Below are positions 57,888 to 64,000 of a DNA stretch of 64,000 bases, in pieces; the first letter of the stretch is position 1; each line of letters begins with the position of its first letter. The DNA comes from an uncultured Gemmatimonadales bacterium (lineage in GTDB: Bacteria > Gemmatimonadota > Gemmatimonadetes > Longimicrobiales > RSA9), in the NCBI GenBank assembly GCA_963816355.1, contig CAWFKH010000001.1, positions 544,001 to 608,000 on the forward strand, written 5' to 3'. The notes below the pieces were generated by a model. That model did not search any database and had not been told where the DNA came from. It worked only from the letters and a program-made list of their open reading frames with translations. The position numbers and the translations under genes are program-made.

Positions 57888-58736
57888 TCAGGTTGAGCCC
57901 CCGGAAGCGATCCCCTCCAGCGCCTTGCGGCAGCGCGCCTCCAAGCGCTCGTCGCCGATGCGCGCCGGCCAGGCCGCGAAGGCGGGCGTGGGGCCGCGCC
58001 AGCGCAGCGCGTCGACGTCGTCGAATAGAGGTGCGTCCGAGCGCAGCGTCGCCAGGTCCTTGAAGAGGAGCGCGCGCCGCCGGTCGTCGCCCGACAGCGC
58101 TTCCGCGGGGAAGGCCTCGATCGGCCCGTGCCGGTCCACCAGCCGGCCCGCGGTCTTCGCGCCGATGCCGGCGATGCCGGGATAGCCGTCGGCGGCGTCT
58201 CCCACGAGCGCGAGGTAGTCCGGGATCCGCGCCGGCTCGACGCCGAACTTCTCGCGCACTCCCGCCGCGTCGAGCACCTTGCCGCTGCGCCGGTCCACCT
58301 GCACCACGCGCTCCCCCACGACGCACTGCGCCAGGTCCTTGTCCGGCGACCAGATCGAGACGCGCTCCACGCGCTCGTCTGCCGCCGCCAGCCGCGCCGC
58401 GGACGCCAGCGCGTCGTCCGCTTCCAGCTCCGCCATCGGCCACACCGCCACCCCCATCGCGCCGAGCGCGTCCTCGAGCGGCTCGAACTGGCTCTGCAGC
58501 GTCGGCTCGACCCCCTCCCCCGTCTTGTAGCCGGGCCACAGCTCGTTGCGGAACGACTCGATCTCGTGATCCGTCGCCACGCCCACGTGCGTCGCCCCGC
58601 CCTCGAACATCTGCAGCACCGTGCGGAGGACCCCCAGCACCGCGCCCAGCGGCGGATCGCTCCCCTTCGCGAAGCGGCGGATCCCGTAGAAATGGCGGAA
58701 CAGCTCGTAGGTGCCATCGACGAGGTGCACGATCAT
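57888..58736 (-). CDS. Stand-alone 5'-3' exonuclease / flap endonuclease
   Basis: LVDGT, FRNEL..YK, EADD, DKD, LVGDAADGYPGIAGIGAKTA (H3TH). Confidence 0.9.
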   Translation of the reverse strand: MIVHLVDGTYELFRHFYGIRRFAKGSDPPLGAVLGVLRTVLQMFEGGATHVGVATDHEIESFRNELWPGYKTGEGVEPTLQSQFEPLEDALGAMGVAVWPMAELEADDALASAARLAAADERVERVSIWSPDKDLAQCVVGERVVQVDRRSGKVLDAAGVREKFGVEPARIPDYLALVGDAADGYPGIAGIGAKTAGRLVDRHGPIEAFPAEALSGDDRRRALLFKDLATLRSDAPLFDDVDALRWRGPTPAFAAWPARIGDERLEARCRKALEGIASGGST

Positions 58737-58843
58737 GCGTGGCGTCCTCGCTAGCTTGGCTCCCACGACCGCATCGCGGCGGCATCGCCGCGCGCTGTCG
58801 CGAGCAGAGGGTAAACAGTGAGGCGAAGCGGAAACATGTGGCG

Positions 58844-58891
58844 GGCCGCGGCGCCCGGCAAGGTGGCCGCGGCGCCCGGCAAGGTGGCCGC
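58844..58891 (+). repeat. 21-bp intergenic tandem repeat, about 2.3 copies
   Basis: GGCCGCGGCGCCCGGCAAGGT x2 plus GGCCGC. Confidence 0.85.
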
Positions 58892-58963
58892 TATGACCGC
58901 GCGGGGGAGACCGTCCCCGGAAGGGGACGGCAGCGGCGGCGCAAGAGGACGGGGAGAGCGCTG

Positions 58964-59010
58964 TAAGTCACAATGTCATAAGGGCTTGGCTGGATGGCAC
59001 CAGGTTTGCT
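58964..59010 (+). promoter_or_regulatory. Sigma-54 promoter with upstream AAG-N17-CTT box
   Basis: TGGCAC-CAGG-TTTGCT at 58995-59010 is near-consensus. Upstream TAAGTCACAATGTCATAAGGGCTT at 58964-58987. Confidence 0.85.
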
Positions 59011-59066
59011 CGATGTAGGGGGTGAAATCCACGAACAGGGGAACTCCCGAAGAAGAGGTGGCTACG

Positions 59067-59747
59067 ATGCGAGCGACCAGGAGAAGTGCCGTTCCGGCGT
59101 TGATGCTTGGCGCGCTGCTGGTGACGAGCGCGGGGTGCGCGAGCTGGAACAACAAGGAGAAGGGCGCGGCGGTCGGCGCGGGCGTGGGCGCGGCTGCGGG
59201 CGCGGCGATCGGTCACGCGAACGGGTCGACGGCGAAGGGGGCGCTGATCGGCGCGGTGGTGGGGGGCGCGGCGGGCGCCGTGATCGGACACCAGATGGAC
59301 AAGCAGGCGGACGAGTTGGCGACGGACCTGCCGAACGCGGACGTGAGTCGGGTGGGCGAGGGGATCCTGGTGAACTTCCCGTCGGGGATCCTCTTTCCGT
59401 TCGACTCGGACGCGCTGCAGCCGAACGGCCGACAGAACCTGGCGGACCTGGCGCAGAGCCTGAACAAGTACCCGAAGACGGAAGTGCTGATCGTCGGTCA
59501 CACGGATTCCGTGGGGACGGCGGCGTACAACCAGGAGCTGTCGGAGGAGCGGGCGGCGTCGGCGGAGGCGTACCTCGCGTCGCTGGGGATCGCGCGGGAC
59601 CGCGTGAGCACGGAGGGGCGGGGCGAGAGCGAGCCGATCGCGTCGAACGAGACGGCGACGGGGCGGCAGCAGAACCGGCGCGTGGAGGTCGCGATCTACG
59701 CGAGCGAGGAATACCGGCAGGAGGTGCTGAACAGCATCGGCCACTGA
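59067..59747 (+). CDS. OmpA-family lipoprotein with glycine zipper (YiaD-like)
   Basis: Lipobox SAGC; GAAVGAGVGAAAG zipper; LFPFDS; GHTDSVG..YN..LSEERA; NRRVE. Confidence 0.92.
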   Translation: MRATRRSAVPALMLGALLVTSAGCASWNNKEKGAAVGAGVGAAAGAAIGHANGSTAKGALIGAVVGGAAGAVIGHQMDKQADELATDLPNADVSRVGEGILVNFPSGILFPFDSDALQPNGRQNLADLAQSLNKYPKTEVLIVGHTDSVGTAAYNQELSEERAASAEAYLASLGIARDRVSTEGRGESEPIASNETATGRQQNRRVEVAIYASEEYRQEVLNSIGH

Positions 59748-59783
59748 GCCGCGGGCGCGGTGGGGGCGGTGTCCGCGGCGCCC

Positions 59784-62015
<2,232 letters not shown>

Positions 62016-62099
62016 GTTGGGACGGCTCCGGGTTCGCGATTCGGGGCGCGAAATGCAGGAATCGCGCCGCCTGAGGGCCCGGTCGCAGCGGACGGCCCA

Positions 62100-62705
62100 T
62101 CACCTCTCATGGACGACGACCTCCATGAACTGGGAGAGGATGCGGTGGGTGAGGCCCCAGATCTCGTACGACTCGTAGCGGAAGGCGGGGAAGGCGCGCG
62201 TGCCGCCTTCCAGCTCGACGAGGACCTCGCCGATGGCGGTCTCGTCGCGCAGCGCGCGCAGCGGGATCCAGACGGCGGCGGCGACCTCGCGCGGGTCGGG
62301 ACGCAGCTCGGCGCGGGCGTCGGTGCGCGCGACGTACGGCGCGACGACGAGGGGGGGCAGCCGGGTCGAGCGGGGGGCGACGTCGTCGAGGCGGCCGAGC
62401 AGGTCGCGATCGCGGCGGAGCTGGATGCCCACCTCCTCGCGCGTTTCGCGGAAGGCGGTATCGAGGAGGTCCTCGTCGATCGGGGCGCGGCGCCCGCCGG
62501 GCAGCGCCATGTGGCCGGACCAGGGGTCGCCGGCCCGCTCGACGCGCTGGATCAGGAGAAGCTCCATGTCAGGAGCTTCCCGCAGCAGCAGCGTGACGGC
62601 GGCCTCCCCGCGGTCGGGGCGGCGCGTGGCATGGCGAGGCGAGTGTGCGCGGAGGGCGTCGCGGATCGCGCTCCACCCGGCGTCGCCGTACGGGTCGTCG
62701 GGCAC
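62100..62705 (-). CDS. Nudix CoA pyrophosphatase (NudL-like)
   Basis: EAAV, SGHMALPGG, RETREEVG, EVA, IWGLT. GTG start 5 nt after TACACT. Confidence 0.9.
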   Translation of the reverse strand: MPDDPYGDAGWSAIRDALRAHSPRHATRRPDRGEAAVTLLLREAPDMELLLIQRVERAGDPWSGHMALPGGRRAPIDEDLLDTAFRETREEVGIQLRRDRDLLGRLDDVAPRSTRLPPLVVAPYVARTDARAELRPDPREVAAAVWIPLRALRDETAIGEVLVELEGGTRAFPAFRYESYEIWGLTHRILSQFMEVVVHER

Positions 62706-62710
62706 GCCCC

Positions 62711-62740
62711 AGTGTAGGAGGGTGGCCGCTCCCGGGGCAA
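62711..62740 (-). promoter_or_regulatory. Sigma-70 promoter, leaderless transcript for Nudix
   Basis: Minus strand TTGCCC-N18-TACACT-N5-GTG. Confidence 0.6.
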
Positions 62741-62785
62741 CGGCGCGGGAGCTTTGGGCATCGTAGGGGGTAGGTAGAAGCACCG

Positions 62786-63097
62786 ATGAAGGGTCGAGCG
62801 AGAGGGTCACGTCGACGGCACGTCCTCGAGCGGGATGGCTTCCGCTGCGTGTACTGCGCGCGGGTCTTTCCCGCTGAGGAACTGACGGTCGACCACGTCG
62901 AGCCGCGCGTGCGCGGCGGCGACCATTCGGCGGGCAATCTCGTGACCTGCTGCCGGGAATGCAACACGGCGAAAGGCGGTGCGCCCGCGTGGGCGTTCCT
63001 TTCGCGCCGACCCGATCTCCGCGCCAACTTCCTCGCGCTGGGCGAAGCCGTCTGGCCGCGGCTGCGCCGAGCGGTCGAGGAGGCCGCCGAGCCGTAG
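62786..63097 (+). CDS. Small HNH endonuclease
   Basis: RDGFRCVYC, TVDHVEPRVRGG, NLVTCCRECN. Confidence 0.88.
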   Translation: MKGRARGSRRRHVLERDGFRCVYCARVFPAEELTVDHVEPRVRGGDHSAGNLVTCCRECNTAKGGAPAWAFLSRRPDLRANFLALGEAVWPRLRRAVEEAAEP

Positions 63098-63132
63098 CCA
63101 GGTTCGCTCGCTCACTCTTTTCCGCTGCCGAG

Positions 63133-64000
63133 ATGCACCGCACCAATGCACGCCCACGACGCCTGATGGCCGCCGCGCTCGCGGCGGTCGCGCTCGTCGC
63201 GGCCGCGGCGTGCGGTGGCGGAGGCCCCGGCCCGCCGGCGGGGGCGAGCGGCGACCTGGACGACGGCCGGCGGGACGCCGCCGAGTGGATCGCGGACGCG
63301 CGCGTCCACGACCGGGCGGACTCGTCGGAGGTGGTCGCACTCGGCTACCTGGAGCGCGCGCGCCTGGGGCTCGGCTCGCCGTTTCGCCTCGCGGAGTACG
63401 CGCTGGACGACCCCCGCCTCGACAGCCTCTACCAGCGCCGCGTGGCGTGGGCCGTGCTCGCGCGCGTCTCGGCGCGTCAGGACTACGACGTCGACCCCGC
63501 TGCGCTGGACGGCGTGGACATGCACCGTTCGCTGCGCGCCGACGGCGCCGCGCACCTGCGTCTGATCCAGGGCGTGGTGCGTGCGGCGCGCGATCCGCGC
63601 GCGGGTGAGCTCGCCGTCCGGCTGGCCTACGCGCTGGCGGCGGCGGAGGGGTCGGTGAGCCGTGCGGGGCCCGGCGTCGCCGCCCAGGCGGCCGCGCTGG
63701 CACGCGACCGCGAGCTGGCGCACGACGACGTGCGACGGCTCCTCGCGGCCGCGGACCGCGCCGACGCCGATCCGCTGGCGCTGCTGCGGCGGTGGCGCGT
63801 CGAGCGGCGCTTCGCCGTCGAGCAGCCGCTTGCGGGCGCCATCGGGATCGACGCGGAGGCGGAGGCGATCGAGCTGGCGCCGCGGCTGGTGGAGGCGGTG
63901 CGCCAGATCGGGTCGGCGGCCGGATCGGAGGGGCGCGAGCCGGCGAGGGCGGCGAGGAGCGCGGCCCCGGGAACGCCGCTGCTCGGCACGCGCGTCGCGG
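63133..64000 (+). CDS. Hypothetical lipoprotein, runs off the window
   Basis: Manual translation MHRTNARPRRLMAAALAAVALVAAAACGG..ALGYLERARLGLGSPFRL..; absent from the track because no stop is seen. Confidence 0.7.
   Translation, partial: MHRTNARPRRLMAAALAAVALVAAAACGGGGPGPPAGASGDLDDGRRDAAEWIADARVHDRADSSEVVALGYLERARLGLGSPFRLAEYALDDPRLDSLYQRRVAWAVLARVSARQDYDVDPAALDGVDMHRSLRADGAAHLRLIQGVVRAARDPRAGELAVRLAYALAAAEGSVSRAGPGVAAQAAALARDRELAHDDVRRLLAAADRADADPLALLRRWRVERRFAVEQPLAGAIGIDAEAEAIELAPRLVEAVRQIGSAAGSEGREPARAARSAAPGTPLLGTRVA

Overview
High-GC bacterial chromosomal window with about 55 densely packed genes. Gene content and protein style suggest Gemmatimonadota (Longimicrobiales-like); that assignment is inference. 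Identifiable blocks: a gluconeogenic maeB-pckA operon extended by a SAMHD1-like HD hydrolase and a sigma-54 activator; a sigma-54-promoter-driven lipoprotein + TPR pair; a PP2C phosphatase; a group-2-like sigma-70 factor with rsgA; a cobalamin-riboswitch-controlled BtuF/C/D/B-like uptake operon; a GbsR/MarR-regulated MlaEFD operon; a flavin reductase/SDR/sbcD/sbcC operon; a DUF2723 glycosyltransferase; trpE-tdh-kbl; a Zn-ADH/alpha-oxoamine synthase/metzincin lipoprotein operon; a Tat-subunit/GMC oxidoreductase/methyltransferase operon; threonine dehydratase; ftsH; an orphan E1-alpha; an M61 peptidase; a flap endonuclease; an OmpA lipoprotein; a PAS/GAF kinase; Nudix; and HNH. I saw no rRNA, tRNA, CRISPR array, transposase or integrase. 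The best candidate for an undescribed system is the module at 6.6-11.0 kb (divergent HD hydrolase, pseudo-receiver sigma-54 activator, sigma-54 promoter with an AAG-N17-CTT box, ZU5-like Ca-binding lipoprotein, TPR protein); the same promoter architecture recurs at 59 kb. Other points of interest: a readable B12 riboswitch expression platform, several apparently leaderless genes, an ECF-type promoter upstream of the sigma factor, a REPIN/MITE-like element, and three +1 frameshifts that are probably assembly errors. All family calls come from motif recognition by eye; no database search was run.
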